This document shows positions 1 to 10,060 of a DNA stretch of 64,000 nt, piece by piece (position 1 is the stretch's first letter; each line of letters opens with the position of its first letter). The stretch covers positions 1,536,001-1,600,000 of the forward strand of contig CAVWCF010000001.1 of NCBI GenBank assembly GCA_963753435.1. Direction: 5' to 3'. The notes below the pieces were generated by a model that saw only the letters and a list, made by a program, of their open reading frames with translations, was not told where the DNA came from and did not search any database. The position numbers and the translations under genes are program-made. Origin of the DNA: an uncultured Actinomycetota bacterium. Its GTDB lineage: Bacteria > Actinomycetota > Actinomycetes > CAVWCF01.

Positions 1-534
1 CGGCGTGCGGTGCACCGAGCCAACGGGCACGACGACTGACGCCGAAACCGGCGCGGGTGCGGACTCGGTCGCGGGCAGGGTGACGATCGGTGCGGTTCGG
101 CGCCACCACTGCGCCAGCACTGAGGTGAGCAGCGACAGAACCCGGTCGCCGAAGGCGAGCCACAGACCGACGCCGGCGGCCGCGGCCGCGTGGGCGAGCA
201 CCATGGGTGCGTGCGCCACGGTCAGGTCCTCACCGATGCGGTGCAGGGCGAGCGCCACGGGGTCGGTGATACCCGGGTCGGCGTGACCGTGGCCGGCGGT
301 GGCGGTGAGGAATCCGTGCACAAGCGCCTGGCCACCGACGGTGGCGAGCACCCATCCGGCAGCGCCGAGTCTGCGCGCCGTGAGTCGCCAGGCGGCGGCG
401 ATGGTGACTGCGACGAGCACGGCCAGCCACAGCGGCGCCGGAACTGCGCCGCCGGCAAGTGCGTGGAACCCAATGCCTAGGACGAGTACCGCGCTGCCCA
501 GCGACACCGCGCGGGTGCGGCGTGCGGTCGTCAC
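1..534 (-). CDS. His-containing membrane protein, partial (runs off window start)
   Basis: Not in the ORF track. Manual translation from GTG at 534 gives VTTARRTRAVSLGSAVLVLGIGFHALAGG...GGQALVHGFL...MVLAHAAAAAGVGLWLAFGDR, open to position 1. It has hydrophobic helices with the H..AGG / Q...H / M..AH pattern common in actinobacterial membrane proteins. Confidence 0.7.
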   Translation of the reverse strand, partial: MTTARRTRAVSLGSAVLVLGIGFHALAGGAVPAPLWLAVLVAVTIAAAWRLTARRLGAAGWVLATVGGQALVHGFLTATAGHGHADPGITDPVALALHRIGEDLTVAHAPMVLAHAAAAAGVGLWLAFGDRVLSLLTSVLAQWWRRTAPIVTLPATESAPAPVSASVVVPVGSVHRTP

Positions 535-613
535 GACGGCAGCGTACGTCCGGCCGGGATCAGGCTGAGCACGGCGGTGGACACCCCTGTCCCGCCGGTC
601 TCCGGTGACGAAA

Positions 614-1261
614 TCAGGTGGTGGCTTGCATGGCCACGATGCTCCAGCGCCGACCCGGTTGCGTCTCGGCCAGGCGCAGGCTGCCAACAGAAGCTGACTC
701 GATCATTGCTGTCGGGTCGTGGACGAACGTCCGGAAGGAGTTACCGCGCATTCGGAACCACAGGTTCTCGAAGGTGGTGACACTGCGGGTCCGCCAGTTG
801 CGGGGCGGGTGACTGAACACGAGCAGCCGACGGGCTCGACCGGCAGCGGCACTCAAGAGCCGGTCGTAGTCGGGGTAGCAGCAGACGACGCGGTGCAGGA
901 TCACGATGTCGTGGGGTGGGACGGCTTCGGGTTCCTCGGCCAGGTTGATGCGTTGGCGGGACATCCGGTCCGCCACCCCGGCAGTTGTTGCCAGTGCCCG
1001 CGCTTCGGCGTCGTAGGAGTCAACGAGCTCCAAGTTTGTGGAAGCGGCCGCGCCCTGCTGCAGCAGCTCGATCTGCAACTGCCCGACGCCGCCGCCGACC
1101 TCGAGCACCGTCATGCCTTCGACGCCCCGCTCGGAGACGGCGTTGAGCAGCCGCGCCGCCGGCTTGGTCAGACCCTTGCGGCGGTATCTCTTGGCGGTCT
1201 GCCGGGAAAACCGATCGCCGAACATCCGTTGGTAGTCATCGGGGTCGCAGCAGGAGTTCAC
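614..1261 (-). CDS. Class I SAM-dependent methyltransferase
   Basis: Motif I VLEVGGGVG and HDIVILHRVVCCYPD. Probable GTG start at 1261; the ORF extends to 1330. Confidence 0.85.
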   Translation of the reverse strand: MNSCCDPDDYQRMFGDRFSRQTAKRYRRKGLTKPAARLLNAVSERGVEGMTVLEVGGGVGQLQIELLQQGAAASTNLELVDSYDAEARALATTAGVADRMSRQRINLAEEPEAVPPHDIVILHRVVCCYPDYDRLLSAAAGRARRLLVFSHPPRNWRTRSVTTFENLWFRMRGNSFRTFVHDPTAMIESASVGSLRLAETQPGRRWSIVAMQATT

Positions 1262-1351
1262 CGCTTTAGTGTCCACCGCCGCAGCGGCGGGTGGGCGCCT
1301 TCGATCCGAAGCACTGCCGATGGCGGCCATAGACTCCAGCCCGCAACGGGC

Positions 1352-1424
1352 GGGCCTCTAGCTCAATTGGCAGAGCAGCGGACTTTTAATCCGCGGGTTC
1401 GGGGTTCGATCCCCCGGGGGCCCA
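1352..1424 (+). tRNA. tRNA-Lys (anticodon UUU)
   Basis: Cloverleaf: acceptor GGGCCTC/GGGGCCC-A, D arm AGCTCAATTGGCAGAGC, anticodon arm GCGGA-CTTTTAA-TCCGC, T loop GGTTCGATCCC. CCA is not encoded. Confidence 0.97.
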
Positions 1425-1608
1425 CTGAATCAGTGTCCAGTTTCGGCTGGTCGGCTACTGCTACTTCGGTTGGTTGGTGACGCTCCGCACTTAGGGGAGT
1501 GCGACTGCTGCAGCCCACCAAGCTGAGCTGGGATCGGGTGTACTGCGGTGTTCCCGGTCGGGACCATCGGCCCCCAACATTCCCGAGAGTTCTCGGTACA
1601 TTTCGATT

Positions 1609-1914
1609 GTGATCGAATCGATCGGCATCGAACCAACGCTAGCGTCGCAGGCCGAGGCTGGCGTCTTGCTGACCGCGGTGGCGGACCCGGTCCGCTGGCG
1701 ACTGCTGGACGAACTCGCCCGGCGAGGCACACGGTGCGTGTGCGACCTGCAGCCCATGGGCGGCGTCGCTCCCAACGTGCTCTCGTACCACTTGAAGGTG
1801 CTGCGTGATGCCGGCCTGGTCACGGCCACGCGACGTGGGCGGTGGATGGACTACGAGTTGATTGATGGCGCCCTCGATCGGCTGCATGCCGCCCTGCCGG
1901 GGACTCCGCCGTGA
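1609..1914 (+). CDS. arsR: ArsR/SmtB family metalloregulator
   Basis: ADPVRWRLL, CVCDL metal-binding motif, LSYHLKVLRDAGLV, RRGRW..Y wing. Confidence 0.88.
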   Translation: MIESIGIEPTLASQAEAGVLLTAVADPVRWRLLDELARRGTRCVCDLQPMGGVAPNVLSYHLKVLRDAGLVTATRRGRWMDYELIDGALDRLHAALPGTPP

Positions 1915-2966
1915 GCGTGGCCGCCCGTCCGCGGGCGCCGGGGCCAGCCGATACCGGTCGGCTGTGGCTGGCCATGGTCGGGAGCGGATCGCTGTGGGCA
2001 TTGCTGTACGTCCTGAATGAGCGCTTGTGGCCGGTGCTGCTGGGCGACGTGTTCGGCGTGGACATGGACAGCCGGGTTGGTGAGAGCCTGGCGTTCTTCT
2101 TCTACGACACCGTCAAGATCATGCTGCTCCTGGTCGGGCTGATCTTCGTGGTCGGCATGCTGCGCACGACGTTGTCCCCGGAGCGGGTGCGCGACGTGCT
2201 GGCGGGGCGAGGCCTGCTGGTGGGGCTGGTGCTGGCGGCACTCCTCGGTGCGGTTACGCCATTCTGCTCGTGCTCGTCGATTCCACTGTTCATCGGCTTT
2301 GTCGCGGCAGGGGTGCCGCTGAGCATCACATTGAGTTTCTTGATCGCCTCGCCGTTGATCAACGAGGTCGCCGTCGTCATGCTGGGTGGAACCTTCGGCT
2401 GGGGCGTCACGGCCATCTACGTCGGCGCCGGGCTGGCGCTAGCAATCTCGGCGGGATGGACGTTCTCGCGCTTTGACCTGGATCGCTGGGTGGAGCCCTT
2501 CGTGTTCTCCACACCCGTCGCGGCGCTGAGCGCAGAGGGCGGCTCGCCTTCGTTGGCTGCCCGGGTGGAGGCGGCCCGGGCCGAGACTCGCGACATCGTC
2601 GGCAAAGTCTGGCCCTACGTGCTCGTGGGGGTCGGCATCGGAGCGGCAATCCACGGATGGGTGCCAGCGGACTTCTTCGCCCGCTACGGGGGCTCGGATA
2701 ATCCGCTCACAGTGGTGCTCGCCACTTTGGCCGGTATCCCCTTGTACGCCAACGCCGCGGGAGTCATTCCGCTGGCAGAGGCGCTGTGGGCAAAGGGGGT
2801 CCCCCTGGGCACGGTTACGTCCTTCATGATGGCGGTGGTCGCCCTGTCGGTGCCTTCACTGGTCATGCTCGGACGCGTGCTGCGCATGCCGCTCCTTGTG
2901 CTGTTCACCACCATCGTCACCGTCGGCATCGTCGCCATCGGTCTTCTGCTCAACCTCGTCACCTGA
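1911..2966 (+). CDS. DUF318/ArsP family permease
   Basis: TPFCSCSSIPLF, FLIASPLINEV, GIPLY motifs; multiple TM helices; GTGA overlap with arsR. Confidence 0.9.
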   Translation: MSVAARPRAPGPADTGRLWLAMVGSGSLWALLYVLNERLWPVLLGDVFGVDMDSRVGESLAFFFYDTVKIMLLLVGLIFVVGMLRTTLSPERVRDVLAGRGLLVGLVLAALLGAVTPFCSCSSIPLFIGFVAAGVPLSITLSFLIASPLINEVAVVMLGGTFGWGVTAIYVGAGLALAISAGWTFSRFDLDRWVEPFVFSTPVAALSAEGGSPSLAARVEAARAETRDIVGKVWPYVLVGVGIGAAIHGWVPADFFARYGGSDNPLTVVLATLAGIPLYANAAGVIPLAEALWAKGVPLGTVTSFMMAVVALSVPSLVMLGRVLRMPLLVLFTTIVTVGIVAIGLLLNLVT

Positions 2967-2980
2967 CTACGGAGGACACT

Positions 2981-3232
2981 GTGAACGTAAAGATCCTCGG
3001 GCCCGGCTGCAAGAACTGTCGGCATCTTGAGACCCGCACCCGCGAAGCACTTGAGGGCCTGGGCCTGCAAGCGGAGGTCGAGAAAGTCACCGACTACGGC
3101 GAGATCGCCTCCTACGGAATCATGAGTACGCCGGGGCTGGTCGTCGATGACCAGGTCCTTGTCTCCGGGCGGGTGCCCGACACCCGGGAACTTGGTGAAC
3201 TCATAAGTGCTGCGACCGCGGATCGACGCTAG
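2981..3232 (+). CDS. MTH895/ArsE-type small thioredoxin-like redox protein
   Basis: GGAGG RBS then GTG at 2981; VKILGPGCKNC...YGIMSTPGLVVD...GRVP. Confidence 0.9.
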   Translation: MNVKILGPGCKNCRHLETRTREALEGLGLQAEVEKVTDYGEIASYGIMSTPGLVVDDQVLVSGRVPDTRELGELISAATADRR

Positions 3233-3234
3233 CC

Positions 3235-3595
3235 GCACGCGCCGCCGCTGGCGACCCGAAGCCGCGCTGGTCTCTTGGCGCGTCTTGCCACGCTTCGCGG
3301 GAGGCCCCTCGGCGCTCCCGTCATCAGGTCGCCAAGTGTGCTGGCGTCCCGCTTGGGGATCTCGTCGAACCTGCTGGCGCACCACCTGAACGTGCTGGAG
3401 TCGGCCGGGCTTGTGAACCGGGTGCGGTCCGAGGGCGACCGACGCCGGTCCTACCTTCGGCTGGAGTCCGCCGTCTTGGCGAGCCTGGCGCCGGTTGATC
3501 GCATGCCCGCGAGTGAACTCCGCGACCTGGCCGAGGTCGCAACCATCGCTGCCCGACTACATGCCGGCAGTCGCGAACGTGGCCGAAATAGGTGA
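3235..3595 (+). pseudogene. Degraded ArsR-family HTH, resembling the N-terminal domain of actinobacterial ArsR-ArsC fusions
   Basis: SPSVLASRLGISSNLLAHHLNVLESAGLV.R.RSEGDRRRSYLRL is intact. The N-terminal helix appears only as an out-of-frame AAGDP remnant, and no reductase domain follows. Confidence 0.55.
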
Positions 3596-3677
3596 GGCCG
3601 CTTGTGACCCCTTCGATTGCACCACGTCGCTACTCACCGTCGGCCGCTAGCGTTGCTGCCACTACTGGGGGTTGCAG

Positions 3678-4007
3678 ATGGTGATCGTGGTTTCGCACGC
3701 GTGGACCAAGGACGACGGCGAGCACGCCGACGCCTACGTTGCGTTGAGCGAGGAGTTCGCCCGCTTCTTCGCCGACCACCCGGGTTTCCGGGGCCGGCAG
3801 TTGCTGCGCGGAGTCGAGGACCGGACGCACTTCACCAACCTGCGCTGGTTCGAGTCGTTGGACGACTACACCGAGTGCACGCAACGTGACGGCTACGTGG
3901 AGCACACGCAGAAGATGTATGAGCACCTGCGGCCCTATGACTCCTACCCCCGGGAGTTCATGGAGGTCGTCCTGGGCGCCGACAGCCTGGTCGTCCCCGG
4001 CCCGTGA
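3678..4007 (+). CDS. Antibiotic biosynthesis monooxygenase (ABM) domain protein
   Basis: About 110 aa with HPGFRGRQLL...FTNLRWFESLDDY...H, the ABM pattern. Confidence 0.75.
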   Translation: MVIVVSHAWTKDDGEHADAYVALSEEFARFFADHPGFRGRQLLRGVEDRTHFTNLRWFESLDDYTECTQRDGYVEHTQKMYEHLRPYDSYPREFMEVVLGADSLVVPGP

Positions 4008-4032
4008 GCCCACGCGAAGCGAGCGATGCCCG

Positions 4033-4689
4033 GTGACGCGGTTCGTCCTCGTTCACGGCGCCTTCCGGGTCGGCGAGCATTGGCGTTTCGTCGCTGACGC
4101 GCTGGTGGCCGCCGGACATGAGGTCGCCGCACCCACGCTGACCGGGGATTCGTTGGTGGGCTGGGCCCGCCAGGTCGCGGCGGCGATCGGCGCTGAACCG
4201 GCCGTGCTGGTCGGCCACAGCCAGGGCGGGGTGGTGGCGCAGCTGGCCGCCACCTTGCGCCCGGAGGCAGTTTCCAGGCTCGTGCTCCTGGATTCCCCGC
4301 TGCTGAAGGCGGGGCAGCGCATGGTCGATGCGATCCCCGAAGAGGTTCAGCAGGCCTGGGGCGGCCCGCCACCGCCTGACTCCGTGTTGCAGCCGCGCCC
4401 CATCGAACCCGAGGGGGAGTTGGATGCTGCGCGTGCCGCGTGGGCGAACTCCCTGCTGCGGCCGGAACCGGTGGCCCCTGCATATGAGGAGGTCTCCGCG
4501 CCTCCGGACGTCCCGACTTCGATCTGGTTCTGTTCGGGGACTCCAGCAGGCGTCCCGGCGTACTACGCCCGGCTGCTGTCGCAAGAACAGGGTCGAGACC
4601 ACTTGCTCATCGACTCCGGCCACGACGCCCCACTGGTCGCGCCCAGTGCGGTGGCGAAGGAGTTGTTGAAGTTGCCCGCGGTCCGTTAG
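4033..4689 (+). CDS. Alpha/beta hydrolase (esterase-like)
   Basis: FVLVHGAF, nucleophile elbow GHSQGG, C-terminal SGHD. Confidence 0.88.
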   Translation: MTRFVLVHGAFRVGEHWRFVADALVAAGHEVAAPTLTGDSLVGWARQVAAAIGAEPAVLVGHSQGGVVAQLAATLRPEAVSRLVLLDSPLLKAGQRMVDAIPEEVQQAWGGPPPPDSVLQPRPIEPEGELDAARAAWANSLLRPEPVAPAYEEVSAPPDVPTSIWFCSGTPAGVPAYYARLLSQEQGRDHLLIDSGHDAPLVAPSAVAKELLKLPAVR

Positions 4690-4766
4690 GAGGAACGGGG
4701 TTGGCGCGAGTGTCGGTTCCGGGGAGCGCGGTGCGTGAGCGGCGCGTCCATGTAGGCGTGAAGACC

Positions 4767-5561
4767 ATGCGCTACGGCCTGGTGGTGATGTTGGCTGTGG
4801 GGCTACTGAGCGCGTGCGCGGCCGGCTCATCCGGCGGCGGAGACGGCGGCCTGGAGGATCTCGACGGGCGCAGCTTCGTTTCCACGGCGGTGACCGATGC
4901 CGGGGCGGCGCGGCCGCTGGTTGCCGGGACCCAGATCAGACTCGATTTCGCCGACGGCGTGCTGGGCGCGGGTGCGGGCTGCAACTCCATGAGCGGGCCG
5001 TACCGACTCGACGGCGACACCCTGACCATGCCGGAGGGGTTGGCCACCACCGAGATCGGCTGCGAGCCGGCGTTGATGGATCAGGACGCTTGGCTGGCGC
5101 AGCTGCTCCTCGACCAACCCACCCTGCGGGTCGCTGGCGACGTCTTGACCGTGACCGGAGGTACGACCGTGGTGACGCTTCAGGATCGAGAGACTGCCGA
5201 ACCGCAGCCGCCGGTTGTCGGCACAGCCTGGGTGCTGGACGGAATCATCGACGGCGAAACGGTTTCGTCCGTGCCAGCGGGAGTGACGGCAAGCCTGCAG
5301 ATTGAGGAGCAGCCGGACGGCTCGCTGCGCGCTTTGGTCGCCGATGGCTGCAATCGGGGCAACGGCACGGTCACCGTGGATGAGCAGACCATGACTTTCG
5401 GGGTGCGGGCCACCACGCTGATGGCTTGCGCCGAAGCCCAGGAGGAAGTGGCAATCGTCGTCAACTCCGTGCTGACCGGCACGGTCGGCTACGAAGCAGC
5501 TGACGCGACCCTGACAATCACATCCCCTGAGCGCGGTCTCGTCTTCCGCGCCGACGGCTGA
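4767..5561 (+). CDS. META domain lipoprotein (two META/HslJ domains)
   Basis: Lipobox LSAC; GCN...TEIGC and GCN...TLMAC repeats. Confidence 0.88.
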   Translation: MRYGLVVMLAVGLLSACAAGSSGGGDGGLEDLDGRSFVSTAVTDAGAARPLVAGTQIRLDFADGVLGAGAGCNSMSGPYRLDGDTLTMPEGLATTEIGCEPALMDQDAWLAQLLLDQPTLRVAGDVLTVTGGTTVVTLQDRETAEPQPPVVGTAWVLDGIIDGETVSSVPAGVTASLQIEEQPDGSLRALVADGCNRGNGTVTVDEQTMTFGVRATTLMACAEAQEEVAIVVNSVLTGTVGYEAADATLTITSPERGLVFRADG

Positions 5562-5602
5562 CGACACCGCTTGGCCCAACGTGACCCCGCGGGCCTGATG
5601 GG

Positions 5603-6373
5603 ATGAGCCCCGTGTCCGCTCTGATCCCACCGCAGCACGGGGCGTGGGCTTTCCTGGCCTTGCCGCTGGCGCTGGGCGCGGCAGCAGCTCCCGCGGACCC
5701 GGTTCAGGTCCTGCTCGCGGTCACCTGGGTCGTGGCCTACCCCTGGTCCTACGCCGCGCTGGGGGTGTCCCGACCGCGGGTGCGCAGCCAGTTCCTGCGG
5801 CCCCTCGCGATCTGGTCGGTGCTGCTGATCCCGGCTGCGCTGGCTTTGTGGGTCGCGCGCCCGTGGCTGATCTGGGTCGGCCTGGTCTACGCAGCGCTGT
5901 TCGTGGTCAACATCGCCTATGCCCGGCGACGCGACGAGCGGTCGCTGGCCAACGGTGCGGTGTTCATCGTCGAGTGCGCCGGGATCGTCCCGCTGATGTG
6001 GGCGGTCGCCGTCGGCGGCCGCGACTGGGCGATGCCGCCTCTTGGCCAGGCCCCCGCGCAGGTGTGGATCCTGACCCTTGTCTGTCTGCTCGTGCTCACC
6101 GGATCGACGTTGCACGTGAAGTCGCTGATCCGGGAGCGGTCCGACCCCCGCTACGCCCGGTTCTCGCGCGCGTTCGCCCTCGCGTCGCTGCCGGCCGCCG
6201 TCGCGTTGGCGGCCTGGTGGGGCCGGCCAGCCGGCTGGTGGCTGCTGGTGCCGTTCGCCGCGTTGGCGGTGCGTGCCTACGCCGTGCGTCAGCCCATCCG
6301 CGCCGGGCTGATCGGCGCGGTTGAACTGCTCGTCTTCGTGCTCGCGGCCGCGGCCGCATTCCTGGCTGTCTAG
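5603..6373 (+). CDS. YwiC-like membrane protein
   Basis: [11 protein letters not shown]-terminus, [13 protein letters not shown]. Confidence 0.85.
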   Translation: MSPVSALIPPQHGAWAFLALPLALGAAAAPADPVQVLLAVTWVVAYPWSYAALGVSRPRVRSQFLRPLAIWSVLLIPAALALWVARPWLIWVGLVYAALFVVNIAYARRRDERSLANGAVFIVECAGIVPLMWAVAVGGRDWAMPPLGQAPAQVWILTLVCLLVLTGSTLHVKSLIRERSDPRYARFSRAFALASLPAAVALAAWWGRPAGWWLLVPFAALAVRAYAVRQPIRAGLIGAVELLVFVLAAAAAFLAV

Positions 6374-7257
6374 GCCACCGAAGCGGCGTAGATGCTGGCG
6401 ATGGAGGCGTCCAGCGTCGCGTCGAACTCGGCCTCGGTCTGGTTGGCCGACAGTCCCTCAACGAGGGCCCGGGAGAAGCTGGCGATGAGTCCGGGGTTGC
6501 GGGCGAGGCGCTCGTTGGCCTCATCCCGGCTGTAGCCGCCGGATAGTGCCACGACCCGAAGGACCGCAGGGTTGGCGATGACGTCGGAGTAGAAGCCGTC
6601 CTCGCTGGGGATGGTCAGCTTCAGCATCACCTGCTCACCCGCGGGCAGCGCGGCCAACTGCTCGTTGAGTTGCTCGTGCAGCAGCACCTCGGCCTGGGCC
6701 TTGTCGGCGGCGTTGATGTCCACCTCCGGCTCGATGATGGGCATGAGGCCAGCGGCCAGGATCTCCTTGCCGACGTCGAACTGCTGCTTGACGATCGCGG
6801 CAACCCCGGCCGGGTTGGCCTCCTTGATGACCGAGCGCATCTTGGTGCCGAAGACTGCGTTTTCGTTGGCGCGCGCCAACAGGGCACCCAACTCGGGCAT
6901 CGGCTTCATCAACTGCACGCCGTCGGCGACGTCGGCCAGCCCCTTGTCGACCTTCAGGAACGGCACGACCTGCTTCTTGTTCCACAGGAAGGAAGCTGAC
7001 GGCTCACCGTCGATCTGCCGGTCCATGGTGCCCTCGAACAGGATGGCGCCGAGGATCCGGTCGCCGCCGAAACTGGGGCTGCTGACGATGCGGGTCCGCA
7101 TCGCGTGGACGAGATCGAACATCTCCTCGTCGTTGCTGAATGCCGAGGATTCAATCCCGTAGTGCGCCAGCGCCTTGGGGGTGCTGCCCCCGCTCTGGTC
7201 CAGCGCGGCGATGAAGCCCTTGCCGGTTGCGACCTTGTCCCGCATCTCAGAGTTCAT
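6370..7257 (-). CDS. fda: Fructose-bisphosphate aldolase, class I
   Basis: [46 protein letters not shown]. Confidence 0.95.
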   Translation of the reverse strand: MNSEMRDKVATGKGFIAALDQSGGSTPKALAHYGIESSAFSNDEEMFDLVHAMRTRIVSSPSFGGDRILGAILFEGTMDRQIDGEPSASFLWNKKQVVPFLKVDKGLADVADGVQLMKPMPELGALLARANENAVFGTKMRSVIKEANPAGVAAIVKQQFDVGKEILAAGLMPIIEPEVDINAADKAQAEVLLHEQLNEQLAALPAGEQVMLKLTIPSEDGFYSDVIANPAVLRVVALSGGYSRDEANERLARNPGLIASFSRALVEGLSANQTEAEFDATLDASIASIYAASVA

Positions 7258-7324
7258 GGTTCAGCCCTTTCGTCGATCCGCATGATGGCACGGTGGCCTC
7301 GGGGGCGAACAAGGGAGGAAGGTC

Positions 7325-7696
7325 ATGGATCAGGCAACCGACCGCGCCGACGTTCAGAAACTGCTGCGGGAGTACCAGCGGATGGGTGAGCACGCGTTCG
7401 ACCGCAACCGGATCTTCGGGGATCCCGTGACTCACGGTGACGTGGTCCTGGTGCCGGTGGGCTGGGTTGCCGGTGGCGGCGGCGGTGGCGAAGGGCAGGC
7501 CCCGAAGGTCACGCCGGGCGCGGACGACGCCGAAGGTTCCGGCCACGGCTGGGGGATGGTCGGGCAGGCGATCGGTGCCTACGTGATCCGGGACGGGCAG
7601 GTCAGTTTCGTCCCCGCGATCGACGTGACCAAGTTGGCGGCCATCGGGATGGCCGGCCTGGTGCTGCTGACCCTGCTCAAACGGCGGCGCAGGTGA
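7325..7696 (+). CDS. YtfJ/GerW-like protein
   Basis: FGDPV...VLVPV...GGGGGGEG...GAYVIRDGQV.FVPAID followed by a C-terminal TM and a basic tail. Confidence 0.75.
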   Translation: MDQATDRADVQKLLREYQRMGEHAFDRNRIFGDPVTHGDVVLVPVGWVAGGGGGGEGQAPKVTPGADDAEGSGHGWGMVGQAIGAYVIRDGQVSFVPAIDVTKLAAIGMAGLVLLTLLKRRRR

Positions 7697-8319
7697 CCAC
7701 CCGCGTCGTCCTGCTGCTGTTCGACCGGATGGACCTGCTCGACTTCGGCGGTCCGTACGAGGTGTTCCTGACGGCCTCCCGCCTGGCCAACCGCCAGGGC
7801 CAGCCGGAACCGTTCGAAGTGCTGACCGTGTCCCCTGACGACAACCCAGTCACCGCCTACGGCGGCGTGGGCCTGTCCCCGTCGCATCGCCTCGACGAGG
7901 TCGGGACCGCCGACGTGGTCGTCGTCCCCGGGGCCATCGACATCGAAGCAGTGGCTGCCGACCCCCAGGTTCAGGCGGCAGTCCGACGGCTCAGCGAGGC
8001 CGCCGCGGTCACCACCAGCGTCTGCACCGGTGCGTTCCTGCTGTCCGATGTCGGCCTGCTCGATGAGCGACCCTTCACCACGCACTGGGAGGACGTGTCC
8101 GAGCTGGGCCGCCGCGTCGGGTCCGCGCAGCGGGCACAGGTCAGCCGTTGGGTCGACGCCGGTGAGGTGGTGACCGCCGGTGGCCTGTCCAGCGGCATCG
8201 CGATGGCGCTGCACCTGGTGGACCGGATGGTGGGGCGTGCAACCGCCGTGGCCACCGCGCGACAGTTGGACTACGTCTGGGACCCCGACGACCCAGCGGC
8301 TGGTGTGGCCCAGCCCTGA
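7693..8319 (+). CDS. DJ-1/PfpI family protein
   Basis: LDFGGPYEVF, SVCTGAF, TTHW, VTAGGLSSGI. Confidence 0.9.
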   Translation: MTTRVVLLLFDRMDLLDFGGPYEVFLTASRLANRQGQPEPFEVLTVSPDDNPVTAYGGVGLSPSHRLDEVGTADVVVVPGAIDIEAVAADPQVQAAVRRLSEAAAVTTSVCTGAFLLSDVGLLDERPFTTHWEDVSELGRRVGSAQRAQVSRWVDAGEVVTAGGLSSGIAMALHLVDRMVGRATAVATARQLDYVWDPDDPAAGVAQP

Positions 8320-9510
8320 GGCGCCAGCTGCACCAGGTCCGCCAGCGCCTTGGTGACCTCGGCGAGCAGTTCGAAGTCGAGTACGTCCGGCACGTCGTCG
8401 GGGGAATGCGCGACCTGCCCGAGCGCCGCGTCGAAGTCCGCACTGGTGAGAGCCAGCGCCGGCAGACCCCGTTGCACGAACACGGCGTGGTCACTCTGAA
8501 ACCACTCCGGTCCAGGCACCAGGCAGCGGTGCTGTTGCGCCCACGACTCGATCAGTTCGCTCGCTTTCGCGGTGAGTCCGTAGGTGGAGTAGGCCGCCCG
8601 GCCGCCACGCAGGCCCACACCGTCGAGGTTGATGACAAGGCCGATGGAGTCGAGGTCGCAGTCCTGCAGATACGCGATCTCCCCGGAGGCGGCGTAGTAG
8701 TCCTCGCCGTTGACCAGCAGTACCTCCACAGCTGACTCGTCCCTGTTGAGACCCAACATGCGCGCCAGCTCCAGCAGCGTCGCCACCCCTGCGCCGTTGT
8801 CCAGGGCTCCCGGAGTCCCCGGTTTTGTGTCGATGTGGGCCACGAGCAGAACGCGCTTGTCTTCGGAACCGGACGTCGCGATCACATTGCGGGCCGTTGC
8901 CGGACGCCTGACCCCGGTGAACTGCACAACCACCTCGGACCCGGCTGATGCGAGTCAACCCGGCCGCGTCGCCCGGCCGCACGTTGGCTGTGGGAACGGC
9001 GAACGTGCCGTCCTCGATCCACGGGAACGGGTCCAGGGAGCCGGCGAGATCCCGGTGGCGCCCGGTCACCGCCAACACCACTGCGGCGCCGCTGTTCTCC
9101 AGGGCCGACAGCAGCCGCTCGTCGTCCGGGCTGGAGTAGAAGGGGTAGCCGCGTGGAGTCAGCGGTGCCTGCGTTAGGGCGCCGGTGGCAACGACGACGT
9201 CGCCGGCGCGGACGTCGGCCAGGCCCGAAGCGTCCTCAAGAACGGTCACCCGGCCACGGGTAGTCGCTCCCAGTGCGTAAGGGCTGACCGTGACCGGGAT
9301 GCGGTCTGGACCGGCTTGCACCCAACCGTCAGCACCCCGCCAGTCGACGACCGGGAACTCGGGGGTGCGGACCGACCAGCCGTATGCACGTAGCGCATCG
9401 GCGCAGTAGTCGACGGCAGCCTGATTGCCTGACGAACCCGGTCGCCGGTCCGGCTGCACCGAGCAAAGGGTCGTGACGTGCGCGCGGATGCGGTCGGGCG
9501 TCGCTGTCAC
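8271..9510 (-). CDS. M28 family metallopeptidase, split by a +1 frameshift near 8956
   Basis: The N-half is ORF 8491-9510 (R.PGS.GN, PA-like region). The C-half is ORF 8271-8933 (AHIDT, GALDNGAG, NGEDY, INLDG, SDH, H...D). Removing one base gives continuous ...AGLLASAGSEVVVQF. Confidence 0.8.
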
Positions 9511-9520
9511 TGCTGCCGGC

Positions 9521-9997
9521 TCACTGCTTCGGTGACTCCAACTCGGTTACGTCGGCGATGGTGGCGCCGAGTGCGGAGCTCATCGCGTCGGCGTCCACCA
9601 GGATCGCGACTCCGTGCGCACCGCTGCCCATGCTCACCCGACGACCGGCCAGGGCAGCGTCGGCGATCACTGGCCAGGCCGTCGTGGAGCCGAAAGGCGT
9701 GATCGTGCCGCGTTTGTAGCCGGTCGCGGCGAATGCCTCGTCCGCATCGGGCAGGGACATGCGGTTGACGCCCAACTGTTGGCGCAACTTGGGCCAGGAG
9801 ATCGTGCGATCCCCGCCGACGAGCACGAACACGTAGTCGTCGGCACCGCGGCGCACGACCAACGTCTTGACGACGTCGCGCGGTTCCTGGCCGCGCGCTT
9901 CGGCGGCTTCGGCGAGGCTGCGCACCGGTCCGTGGCTGATGACCTCCACGTCCAGACCAAGCGCGCGCGCCGCGTCCACCGCCGGTTGTTCGCTCAT
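9521..9997 (-). CDS. YbaK/EbsC aminoacyl-tRNA deacylase
   Basis: MSEQPAV...VVKTLVV...ATGYKRGTITPFG...MGSG.HG. Confidence 0.88.
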   Translation of the reverse strand: MSEQPAVDAARALGLDVEVISHGPVRSLAEAAEARGQEPRDVVKTLVVRRGADDYVFVLVGGDRTISWPKLRQQLGVNRMSLPDADEAFAATGYKRGTITPFGSTTAWPVIADAALAGRRVSMGSGAHGVAILVDADAMSSALGATIADVTELESPKQ

Positions 9998-10060
9998 GCG
10001 CTGAATGTGGCACGGTGAGGGGCGGATGGCCATGTGTACGGGCGAAGGAGGTGGCAGCCG

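Noticed and set aside
614-1261. Methyltransferase as a Mg-protoporphyrin methyltransferase linked to the pigment cluster
   Set aside because: Only generic class I motifs; about 28 kb from the cluster; no operator motif seen.
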